From NCBI RefSeq assembly GCF_036659295.1, contig NZ_JAVXCU010000004.1, positions 16,149 to 80,148 of the forward strand: 64,000 nt of DNA, written 5' to 3'. Below the pieces are notes generated by a model. That model was not told the DNA's origin. It did no database searches and worked only from the letters and a program-made list of their open reading frames with translations. This stretch comes from Brevundimonas sp. GTDB lineage: Bacteria; Pseudomonadota; Alphaproteobacteria; Caulobacterales; Caulobacteraceae. Below, piece after piece: positions 56,622 through 64,000 of this stretch. The translations under genes were made by a program, and so were the position numbers. Within the stretch, counting starts at the first letter, position 1; each line of letters starts with the position of its first letter.

Positions 56622-57656
56622 CTACCGCGGCGTCAGAATGAAGTCGGCGACGGCTTTGACCACGCCGGTTTCTGGCACGCGCGGCAGGTCGGGGATGTAA
56701 TCATCAATCGCATAGACGGGCCCCATAGACGGCCGCGCCAAGCGTTCAAAGACCATGATGCTGGCCTCGGACTCTTCCTTATAGGCACCGACGGATTCGA
56801 TTTCGCTCGGCGAGGCGACGTTTTCCACGATCACCAGGGTGGGCTTATTCCATCCTTCTAGCGAATACAGATGGTGGGGGTGAGCTGTAATATAGTACCG
56901 CTGTTCATTGCGGCTAATCGGGCGATTGAGCGGACTTAAGGTTAGCTCCGACACCTCTCCGTTTTCATTGGCAGAGAGGATCTGACGGGTCTTTTCTAGA
57001 TCGGCCAGTGAGTCTTCTGGAGTGGCTGCACCATCCTTCGGCTCCAGCGATGTCCTGATTTCCATGAGCGTTTCGCGACGGCGGCGGTTACGCTCCTGCG
57101 CGATCTGTCTATCGAGGTCGTCGAGTGCCGCTTTCCTTGGTTGAACCAACTCCGAAAACTTTTCGTGCCAGAAGTCCGTTATGATCCGCATGTCATAGAT
57201 GGGCGACGTGATTGCAGGGGTGAAGGCGACAAGGCCACAGATTTTGGGGTTCTCACGGGCGACAGCGTGGCTGACCAAGGTGCTTTGATAATAGGAGGCG
57301 AGCCACACGCAGGACTGCGCGGTGTTATCCGCCAACTGTCCGGCCCAACCCACAATGTGCTGCCCATAGTCAGACAGGTCGGATGCAGTATCTGGCAACG
57401 GCGGTGCCGCATATCGAACAGAGGCGATTCCTTGCTCGGCCAGTTGCTCCCCAAGGGTGCGTTTAGCGCTGCCTATGTAGCCGTACGCTTCATCGCCTTC
57501 AGCTGTACCGCCAAGAGGAGAGGGAACGAACAATACCGCCGCCTTGGGTGGCCCCTCAGGCATAACCAGCGTGCCGACCAAAGGAGCAGGCTCCGCAGGC
57601 AGCGTGATTTCGGTCGAGACGGGCGAAGCTATGAGGGCGGCGAGCAGGACCAACAT
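56622..57656 (-). CDS. Alpha/beta-hydrolase-like paralog lacking the nucleophile motif
   Basis: 344 aa. It aligns by eye to the 59298..60256 hydrolase (CVWL...ICG), but GHSEG is replaced by ASYYQ and a charged coiled-coil insert is present. Confidence 0.5.
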   Translation of the reverse strand: MLVLLAALIASPVSTEITLPAEPAPLVGTLVMPEGPPKAAVLFVPSPLGGTAEGDEAYGYIGSAKRTLGEQLAEQGIASVRYAAPPLPDTASDLSDYGQHIVGWAGQLADNTAQSCVWLASYYQSTLVSHAVARENPKICGLVAFTPAITSPIYDMRIITDFWHEKFSELVQPRKAALDDLDRQIAQERNRRRRETLMEIRTSLEPKDGAATPEDSLADLEKTRQILSANENGEVSELTLSPLNRPISRNEQRYYITAHPHHLYSLEGWNKPTLVIVENVASPSEIESVGAYKEESEASIMVFERLARPSMGPVYAIDDYIPDLPRVPETGVVKAVADFILTPR

Positions 57657-58051
57657 GGAACATTGTTATGTTCATTTTTGTCGAGCCGTCCATAGGGGCG
57701 CAGCAAATGAAGCCTATCAGCGGTTTGGCGCGTCCGTGGGCTAAGGTGCCGCCTCATTATCTGGGGCGTATGCTTACCCCCGCGGCGCGTCTCGTTCATG
57801 TAGCGGGCAGGGGACTGGCCCAGCAGTTTTCGGAACATGGTGATGAAGGCGCTGACGGAGTCGTAGCCGAGATTATAGGCCACATTATGCACCGTGACCC
57901 CCCTGATAGCTGGCGCAGGGCCACCGCGTGTATGCTCGGTGGCGTCCAGTTTCGGGGCTCAGACCGGCGCTTCGATAAAGGTCTGCATCACAAGATTGGC
58001 CAGATTTCGCAATAGAGTGTCCAAATAGCCAAATCCGGCACGCCTTCCCAT
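57629..58051 (-). pseudogene. Decayed AraC-family HTH regulator remnant
   Basis: An intact second HTH (VHNVAYNLGYDSVSAFITMFRKLLGQSPARY) is preceded by an in-frame TGA (57959-57961). The upstream AraC-like residues (HAVALRQL) lie in another frame. Confidence 0.5.
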
Positions 58052-58110
58052 TGCTATGTGGTGCGCGTGGCCGTTCTCCCCCGATTGCCTGTCCGATTGA
58101 AAAACCTGTC

Positions 58111-59301
58111 ATGATCCAGTCCGCACCCGCGCGACGTTTTACGCTTTATTCCCTGCTGGCTCTGGCGGGTATCCTGCTGTTTGCGGCCAATCTGCGTGGC
58201 CCCTTTACGGCGGCGGGCGCGGTGCTGGAGGTCATTCAGGCCTCCTTGCATATCGGGGCAGGGCAGGCGGGCTTGCTGTTGACGCTGCCGGTGCTGGCCT
58301 TCTGTGTCATCTCGCCCTTTGCCGCACCTTTGGCACGTCTTTACGGGCTGGAGCGGGTGCTGTTCGGTGCGCTGCTGATCATGATCGCAGGCATTGCCGT
58401 GCGGTCCACGGGCTCGGTGTTGGCGCTCTATGCAGGCACCATCATACTGGGGGGCGGGATTGCTCTGGGCAACACGCTGGTGCCCAGCCTTCTCAAGCGC
58501 GACTATCCCAACAGCTTTGCCCGCCTGACGGGGGTCTATGCCATCACCATGGGGCTGGGAGCGGCGGCGGCCTCGACCATTATTGTGCCCCTGACACTGG
58601 CCTTTGACTGGCAGGTGTCTCTGGGCAGTTTCATCCTGTTGCCGGTGATCAGTGCTCTGGTCTGGTGGCCGCGACTGAAGAATAACGCTGCACCTGCAGA
58701 AATCGCCGAGAAGGACACCGCCTCGGCCCCGCTGTGGCGCTCGCCCGTGGCTTGGCAGGTGACGCTGTTCTTTGGCTGCACCTCTTTCAACTATTATGCC
58801 TTTACCGCGTGGCTGCCCTCCATTCTGGTCAGTCAGGGCTATTCGCAGGTCGAGGCGGGCAATATGCACGGCCTGCTGCAACTGTGCACCGCCGTGCCGG
58901 GGGTTCTGTTGCCGCTGCTGATCACCAGAACCAAGGACCAGAGGGCGATTGCCGCCGGTCTGGCCCTGTCCGGTTTTACCGGCGTGGCGGGGCTTTATCT
59001 GCTGCCTGCCTATGCGGTGGTCTGGGTGACGATCTTTGGCATCGGCATGGGCGGGGCCTTCATCATGGCCCTGATGTTCATTGGCCTGAGAACGGGCCAT
59101 TCCCGGCAAACAGCGCGCCTGTCCGGCATGACCCAGTCCTTCGGCTATATGATTTCCGCCTGCGGACCGGTGACGGTCGGACTGGCGCACGACCTGACCG
59201 GCGCATGGCTGGTGCCCTTCATCCTTTGCGGTACCCTGTGCCTGACCGTTGCCACGCTCGGCCTCGGCGCCGGTCGCGCCCGCTATGTGGACGAAGTCTA
59301 A
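58111..59301 (+). CDS. MFS transporter (CynX/YeaN-like)
   Basis: Track ORF trimmed to ATG 58111. It has about 12 TM segments (LLFAANLRGPFTAAGAVL...). Confidence 0.8.
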   Translation: MIQSAPARRFTLYSLLALAGILLFAANLRGPFTAAGAVLEVIQASLHIGAGQAGLLLTLPVLAFCVISPFAAPLARLYGLERVLFGALLIMIAGIAVRSTGSVLALYAGTIILGGGIALGNTLVPSLLKRDYPNSFARLTGVYAITMGLGAAAASTIIVPLTLAFDWQVSLGSFILLPVISALVWWPRLKNNAAPAEIAEKDTASAPLWRSPVAWQVTLFFGCTSFNYYAFTAWLPSILVSQGYSQVEAGNMHGLLQLCTAVPGVLLPLLITRTKDQRAIAAGLALSGFTGVAGLYLLPAYAVVWVTIFGIGMGGAFIMALMFIGLRTGHSRQTARLSGMTQSFGYMISACGPVTVGLAHDLTGAWLVPFILCGTLCLTVATLGLGAGRARYVDEV

Positions 59302-60256
59302 AGCGTGTTGTCCTTGATGAAGGCGGCGACGTCTGTGACCACCTGCGGGTCGATCAGGGCATTCGGATCGGCATAGGTCGCAAGGTTGGGACCGCGTTCA
59401 AGCGGGGCCTGGGTCAGGACGTGGTTGACGCCCTGCCACAGCTTCATCTGGGCCTTGGGCTGGGCGACGGACAGGGCCTCGGCATCGGCGACGCCGGTCT
59501 GTAGGTCGGTGGTGCCCTGACCGATGAAGATCGGTCCCAGATAGTCATGGGCCAGCTTGGCCGGATCGCGCGAAATCCACGAAATCATATAGGGCTGGAC
59601 CGACGGGCGCAGCAGGCTGCGCAGCATGGGCGAAGGATTGGGGACGGTGCGTCCGGCCTCCAACTCTGCAAGGCCGTCAATGAGCTGGGTTTTGTACGGC
59701 TCTGGGGTCTGTGCCAGTTGTTCACGCAGGACCACACCCGCCGGACGCCCCGCGCCCGAGATCAAAACCTGACCGCAGATATTGCTGTCGGTATTGGTCG
59801 CCGCCGACTGGGCCACCAAGGCACCCTCGGAATGTCCGATCAGCCAGACACACGGCACATCCAATTGCTGTACCGTATGGGCGGCCCATGCACGGGCATC
59901 GTCGATATAGGCATCAAAGCGCAGGTCTTCCTCGCTCGCGGCGGCGGCGGCGCTGCGGGCAATGCCGCGCTTGTCGATGCGCACCGTAGCGATGCCCTGC
60001 GCCGCCAGTCCCTCGGCCAGTTGTTTCAGGCTGGCATTTTTCACACCCAGCGGGTTGTTGCCGTCGCCATCGGTGGGGCCGGAACCGGGGATGATGACGG
60101 CGGCGGCCTCAAGAGTGCCCTCGGGGCGAAGCAGGGTGCCGTATAGGCGGACGGCTGCGCCGCCATTTCCACCTGCGACGAAACCGGCTCGGCCACAGCG
60201 GGTAGGGCGGCCATCAGGCCCATCTGGGCGGCAATCAGTGTCGGGGTCAGTTTCAT
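59298..60256 (-). pseudogene. Secreted alpha/beta hydrolase, apparently frameshifted
   Basis: The catalytic domain frame (…LYGTLLRPEG…GHSEG…) has no usable start with a signal peptide. The signal peptide MKLTPTLIAAQMGLMAALPAVAEP (ATG 60256) is in another frame. The frames must switch between about 60185 and 60146. Confidence 0.55.
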
Positions 60257-60269
60257 AGGTCTTATCCGC

Positions 60270-60947
60270 TCAAAATGATTGGGCTTCGGGATCGTTCTTC
60301 CACACGCGCCAGCTTTCATAGGCGCTGAGGATGGCCATCAGCACGACCGCAACGGTCAGGGCGATGAGGCCAAAGGGCTGGGGCGCAAGGGGGCTGGCAA
60401 TCAAGCCGACCAGACCGGTCCAGAACATCAGCCGACCTGCCAGACGGTTGGACTTGTCCCATGCCAGACGCGACTTGAACGCCCACGGGGTGCGCACGCC
60501 GATAAAGGCATTGGGACCGACGCGGCCCAGAATGGCCCCGACCGCCAGAAACACCGCGCCCATAAAGGCCATGGCCCCGCTCAAGGACGTCATGCCCGAT
60601 GCTGCCGACGGGCCAAGGCTGGACCAGCACACAAAGGCGGCGACGGCGGCCATGATGGCCACGGTGACATATTGCCCGCTGCGCAAAGCCTTGCGGCGCA
60701 CAGGATCAGGCGTGCTGTCGGCCTGTTTGCCGGTCAAAAAGCCGACGATCAGGTTCAGAACCGACATCCCCGCCAGCACCGCCGCCAGCTCATAGCGCGT
60801 GCCATAGCGGTCGACCTGACCTGACGCATCGAAATGCATGGGGATCGGACCGGACGGACCGTGCAGGGCCACCCATATGGCACCGGCCAGAATAAGGGCG
60901 CTGACAATAAAACCGAAGACATGAGCGGGATGCAGTTTGGGGTTCAC
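60270..60947 (-). CDS. SdpI/DUF1648-family membrane protein
   Basis: 225 aa. It has an N-terminal DUF1648-like part (GPIPMHFDASGQVDRYG) and an SdpI-like C-terminal TM bundle. It overlaps the upstream regulator by 4 nt. Confidence 0.7.
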   Translation of the reverse strand: MNPKLHPAHVFGFIVSALILAGAIWVALHGPSGPIPMHFDASGQVDRYGTRYELAAVLAGMSVLNLIVGFLTGKQADSTPDPVRRKALRSGQYVTVAIMAAVAAFVCWSSLGPSAASGMTSLSGAMAFMGAVFLAVGAILGRVGPNAFIGVRTPWAFKSRLAWDKSNRLAGRLMFWTGLVGLIASPLAPQPFGLIALTVAVVLMAILSAYESWRVWKNDPEAQSF

Positions 60948-61234
60948 TGGTCGTCCTCCTGCGGGTGTTTGGTGCCGGTCCTGGTCAGGTCCATCAAAAA
61001 GGCCATGGCCTCCTCGACGGCAGAAATCTCGAGGCGATAACGCACCGACTGGCCATGCTTTTCGGTCGAAACCAGTTCGGCGTCTTTGAGCGCATTCAGA
61101 TGGCCGGTAATGGTCGGCCAGCTCATGTCAAAAGCGGCGGCGATCTCGCCAGACCCCATCGGACCCTGCCGCAGCATGGCGATGATGCGACGTCGCACCG
61201 GATGGGACAGGGTTTGTATTGTTTGACGACACAT
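60944..61234 (-). CDS. ArsR/SdpR-family autorepressor
   Basis: 96 aa. It reads LSHPVRRRIIAMLRQGPMGSGEIAAAFDMSWPTITGHLNALKDAELV. Confidence 0.8.
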   Translation of the reverse strand: MCRQTIQTLSHPVRRRIIAMLRQGPMGSGEIAAAFDMSWPTITGHLNALKDAELVSTEKHGQSVRYRLEISAVEEAMAFLMDLTRTGTKHPQEDDQ

Positions 61235-61257
61235 CAGGCTAGAGCTATCTAGGGCTT

Positions 61258-62952
61258 ATGAACGTCATAGCTTATGCCCGCTTTTCGACCTCTGAGCAGC
61301 AAGAAGGTTCTTCGCTGGCCCGCCAGTTTGAAATCGCTGAAAGCCACGCATCGAAACATGGATGGACCATCACTGAGCGCCTGACCGATGAAGGCCGTTC
61401 AGCATTCAAGGCCGCACACAAACGAGAGACCGCTGCACTTGGTCAGTTTCTTCGCGCAGTAGATGATGGGCGATACGGTGATGGGGATATCCTGCTCATT
61501 GAAGCCCTCGACCGTCTCTCGCGTGAAGAGCCGATGGATGCGCTCGAAAACATTAGACGCATCACTCGTGCTGGAATTCGTGTTGAGATAATCAACGCGC
61601 ATATTTCTCTGACACGCGGCTCGTATGAGGCCAATGCGGGATCGCTCGCGCAACTTCTGTTTGGAGCCGCGTTTGCGCACGGAGAATCCAAACGCAAGTC
61701 GGAACTTTTAACAGCGGCATGGAAGAAGAAGCGTGAGGCGGGCGAGCTACGCACGACGCATCCCTTCTGGATGGACAAGCACAAGACCCTGATCCCTGAA
61801 CGTGTCGAAGATGTTCGCCTGATTTTTGATCTGGCTGAGCGTGGCTTTGGTCGGACAATGACCGCTCGTGAGCTCACGCGGATGGGACGAAAATCGTGGG
61901 GGAACGCGAGGTTTAAACACGAGTCCGAATGGTGCGCGGCGACTGTCTCAAACGTCATTCGCAATAGGGCAGTTACTGGCGAGTGTCAGGCTATGTCTAA
62001 TGGAAAGCCGGTGGGGCCGGTTGTCGCGGATTATTACCCGCAAATCATATCTGTGGAGCAGTTTGAACGAGTCCATGCCGCGCCAGTCCGTCGCTTTTCT
62101 GAAAAGGGATCGGGTCGGCGGGCGGAAATCGGAAACATCTTCAAGGGCTGGTTTAACTGCTCATGCGGGAGAACGATGCAGTTGGCATGGACGCGAGATA
62201 ACCGATACCTTCGATGCTCTGGATGGGCCTCAAGGGCTTGTCCAAACATGGCCGGTCGTCGGTCAGGGATGCGATACGAAGTCCTAGAAGAAGGCTTCCT
62301 GCGAGCCCTCAAAGAGATGACTTTGGTTGACACTTCCAGCGATCAGAAACGAGAGCTCGAGGGTGATCTGATCGCGGCTGAACGTGGACTTGAAGTGGCT
62401 CGCCAGAACACGACGAAGCTAGTCGATATGCTTCTCGATATGGATACGCCAGCCATTCGGCAGAGACTATCTGATGAGGAGAGTAAAGCCCGCGAGCTCG
62501 AAAATGAAATCGCTCAAATCAAGCTCGAGCTCACGAGGAAATCCCGCACTCTGGACGATGAACACGCCGAAGCGGTGAACCTCTATGAGCGGTTCTTGGC
62601 AGTCAAGGATGACGAGCGGGTGGAGCTCCGCCAGCGTATCAACCAAACCCTGCTTCGGATCATTAAGACCGGCCAGATGTCAGCCGTTGATGGGCGGTTC
62701 TCGGTCGTGATGAATGACCTTACCCTGTACCAGTTCACGCACGAGTTAAAGCCGGATGCAGTGAAAAGGAAAGTGGCAGGTACGAAGCCCGCCACAGATT
62801 TCCATTGGGTGGCGAAGCGCGTCACGCAGGAGGATGCAGCCATGTATCGCGCCAAGCAGATCACAGCCGATGGTGCTCGAGAGACCTTCGCCCACCTGTC
62901 CGATGAGCAGTTTGAAAAGGCTAAGGCGGCTGCGGTTAAGCTGCTAGAGTGA
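61258..62952 (+). CDS. Large serine recombinase
   Basis: 564 aa. It has the resolvase catalytic N-terminus (IAYARFSTSEQ), a recombinase domain, a Zn-ribbon-like CSCG...C...C and a coiled-coil C-terminus. Confidence 0.9.
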   Translation: MNVIAYARFSTSEQQEGSSLARQFEIAESHASKHGWTITERLTDEGRSAFKAAHKRETAALGQFLRAVDDGRYGDGDILLIEALDRLSREEPMDALENIRRITRAGIRVEIINAHISLTRGSYEANAGSLAQLLFGAAFAHGESKRKSELLTAAWKKKREAGELRTTHPFWMDKHKTLIPERVEDVRLIFDLAERGFGRTMTARELTRMGRKSWGNARFKHESEWCAATVSNVIRNRAVTGECQAMSNGKPVGPVVADYYPQIISVEQFERVHAAPVRRFSEKGSGRRAEIGNIFKGWFNCSCGRTMQLAWTRDNRYLRCSGWASRACPNMAGRRSGMRYEVLEEGFLRALKEMTLVDTSSDQKRELEGDLIAAERGLEVARQNTTKLVDMLLDMDTPAIRQRLSDEESKARELENEIAQIKLELTRKSRTLDDEHAEAVNLYERFLAVKDDERVELRQRINQTLLRIIKTGQMSAVDGRFSVVMNDLTLYQFTHELKPDAVKRKVAGTKPATDFHWVAKRVTQEDAAMYRAKQITADGARETFAHLSDEQFEKAKAAAVKLLE

Positions 62953-62974
62953 GAAGGTTCGAGGGAGGGAAAAA

Positions 62975-63181
62975 ATGAAAAAGTATGTGCTTATGGCGTC
63001 GCTGCTCGCATTGACTGGCTGCGGCGGAGCTTCTGAAAGCTACAAAAGCTGCGTCGAAAAAGGCGAAGCATATTTCAAAGAGATTGAATCGTGGCCGCAT
63101 CTTAGTGATGGCCGCAACGCAATGAAGGTTATCGTTGACAGGTGCCAGAGGAATGATGGCGCATTTGACGGCCTCGACTAA
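62975..63181 (+). CDS. Small lipoprotein
   Basis: 68 aa with the lipobox LLALTGC. Confidence 0.5.
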   Translation: MKKYVLMASLLALTGCGGASESYKSCVEKGEAYFKEIESWPHLSDGRNAMKVIVDRCQRNDGAFDGLD

Positions 63182-64000
63182 GCCGCTAGTCCATCCACCA
63201 TATCGACCAGATCATCAGCCACTAGATGTCCATAACGGTCGGCGGTGATCTGGATCGATGAGTGTCCCGCCATCTTCGAAACCAAAGCAATCGGGTGGCG
63301 CTTCATTGCGCGGGTCAAAGTGGTATGTCGAAGGGTATGCAGACCAACGTCCGTCATATCATAGCCACGCTCTGCCATCTCCGATTTCACACGCTCGAGC
63401 ATAGTCCAAAGGACTTTGGGTGTGAACGGGAACAACCTGCCGGCCCGGTTCACAGCCAACCAATTGAGCTCTTTCGCAGTCGCCTGATCCAGCGGCAAAG
63501 AGCGTGGCTTGGTGTTCTTGGTTGTGTAGCGTTCGAACGTAACGAACCACCGATCACCACGCTGCTCGAGATGATCCGGCGTGAGCATCATAGCTTCTGA
63601 TCGGCGGCAAGCCGTCGCGATGATGAAGCGGATCATCACACGAAAGGCGTTCCAGTCGCGGGCCTGATCAGTCAGGATGAGGTGATCGATCACTTCAAAC
63701 ATGGTTGTCTGCTCCACGCTTGAGACGACGCGATCTTTCACATTTTGGATTTTGAATGATGGGAATGCGGGCTTAGCCGAGAGTACTGGCTGACCATCCT
63801 TGCCGGTCATACGCAGGGCTTGTTCCATCGCCTTGCTGAGCGTGTCCATGATGCGTTTTGTAGTGGCGGGTGACTTGCCTTGGGCTTGGAACGCCGTGGC
63901 TAGCGATTGCAAGTCGGCGTATGTGATCTGGCGGATATCTTGCCCGCCAATCATCCTTACTAGCTGACGGATGTTGCTTTGTAGCGTGGCTTGCGAACGG
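63178..64000 (-). CDS. Tyrosine recombinase/phage integrase family (N-terminus may extend beyond the window)
   Basis: The catalytic C-terminus is present: ACRRSE, HTLRHTTLT, GHSSIQITADRYGHL. The frame stays open upstream of ATG 63954 to the window end. Confidence 0.8.
   Translation of the reverse strand, partial: RSQATLQSNIRQLVRMIGGQDIRQITYADLQSLATAFQAQGKSPATTKRIMDTLSKAMEQALRMTGKDGQPVLSAKPAFPSFKIQNVKDRVVSSVEQTTMFEVIDHLILTDQARDWNAFRVMIRFIIATACRRSEAMMLTPDHLEQRGDRWFVTFERYTTKNTKPRSLPLDQATAKELNWLAVNRAGRLFPFTPKVLWTMLERVKSEMAERGYDMTDVGLHTLRHTTLTRAMKRHPIALVSKMAGHSSIQITADRYGHLVADDLVDMVDGLAA

Larger units (their letters stand above)
61235..64000. mobile_element. Left part of a mobile element running off the window (serine plus tyrosine recombinases)
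   Basis: Composition appears to become more AT-rich starting right after the sdpR start. A large serine recombinase, a small lipoprotein and a tyrosine recombinase follow. The right boundary is not in the window. Confidence 0.6.

Noticed and set aside
1-64000. Search for CRISPR arrays, rRNA genes, retron/RT genes or known multi-gene defence operons.
   Set aside because: I saw no regularly spaced direct repeats, no rRNA-like sequence, and no reverse transcriptase, cyclase, helicase-nuclease or large NTPase ORFs anywhere in the window.

Overview
This is a 64-kb chromosomal segment of about 60% GC that looks like a Caulobacterales-type alphaproteobacterium. That call is an inference from gene content and from the flgFGAH / fliLM layout with a CtrA box and a sigma54 promoter. 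Most of the window is ordinary core genome. It carries a catabolic/uptake cluster (MFS, SnoaL-like, SMP-30 lactonase-like, ACAD-fold monooxygenase, TonB receptor). It also carries tesB, a second TonB receptor with an amidohydrolase, an Hsp70-like gene, leuA, a GntR regulator with an M24 peptidase, msrA and a flagellar basal-body/switch cluster. Further housekeeping genes are an M28 peptidase, tRNA-Leu, an NPP-type phosphodiesterase, pyk, rnhB, tag, ygfZ, pyrC, a tyrA-like gene, a GST and a GT9. No rRNA genes or CRISPR arrays were seen. The accessory and unusual parts are listed here.
1. A compact 3.8-kb integrative element sits in tRNA-Ser(GGA). It has 16-bp direct repeats, arm-type repeats, int, xis, an HTH_39-like protein, an unknown ORF and a protein with HUH-Rep-like motifs.
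2. A second mobile element starts immediately next to an orphan sdpR-sdpI immunity-like pair and runs off the right edge. It carries both a large serine recombinase and a tyrosine recombinase.
3. An orphan Dam-family adenine methylase lies between pyk and rnhB.
4. Several low-GC single-gene insertions encode orphan proteins.
5. A co-directional cluster encodes CPBP, TraB/GumN-like and S41 proteins.
6. A decaying locus holds an AraC remnant, a frameshifted alpha/beta hydrolase and a nucleophile-less paralog.
7. A 38-bp intergenic repeat occurs twice, one copy in a MITE-like context.
I could not tie any single locus to a clearly new multi-gene system. The tRNA-Ser element and the right-edge element are the best candidates for follow-up. 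All family calls come from reading the translations by eye; no database search was run.
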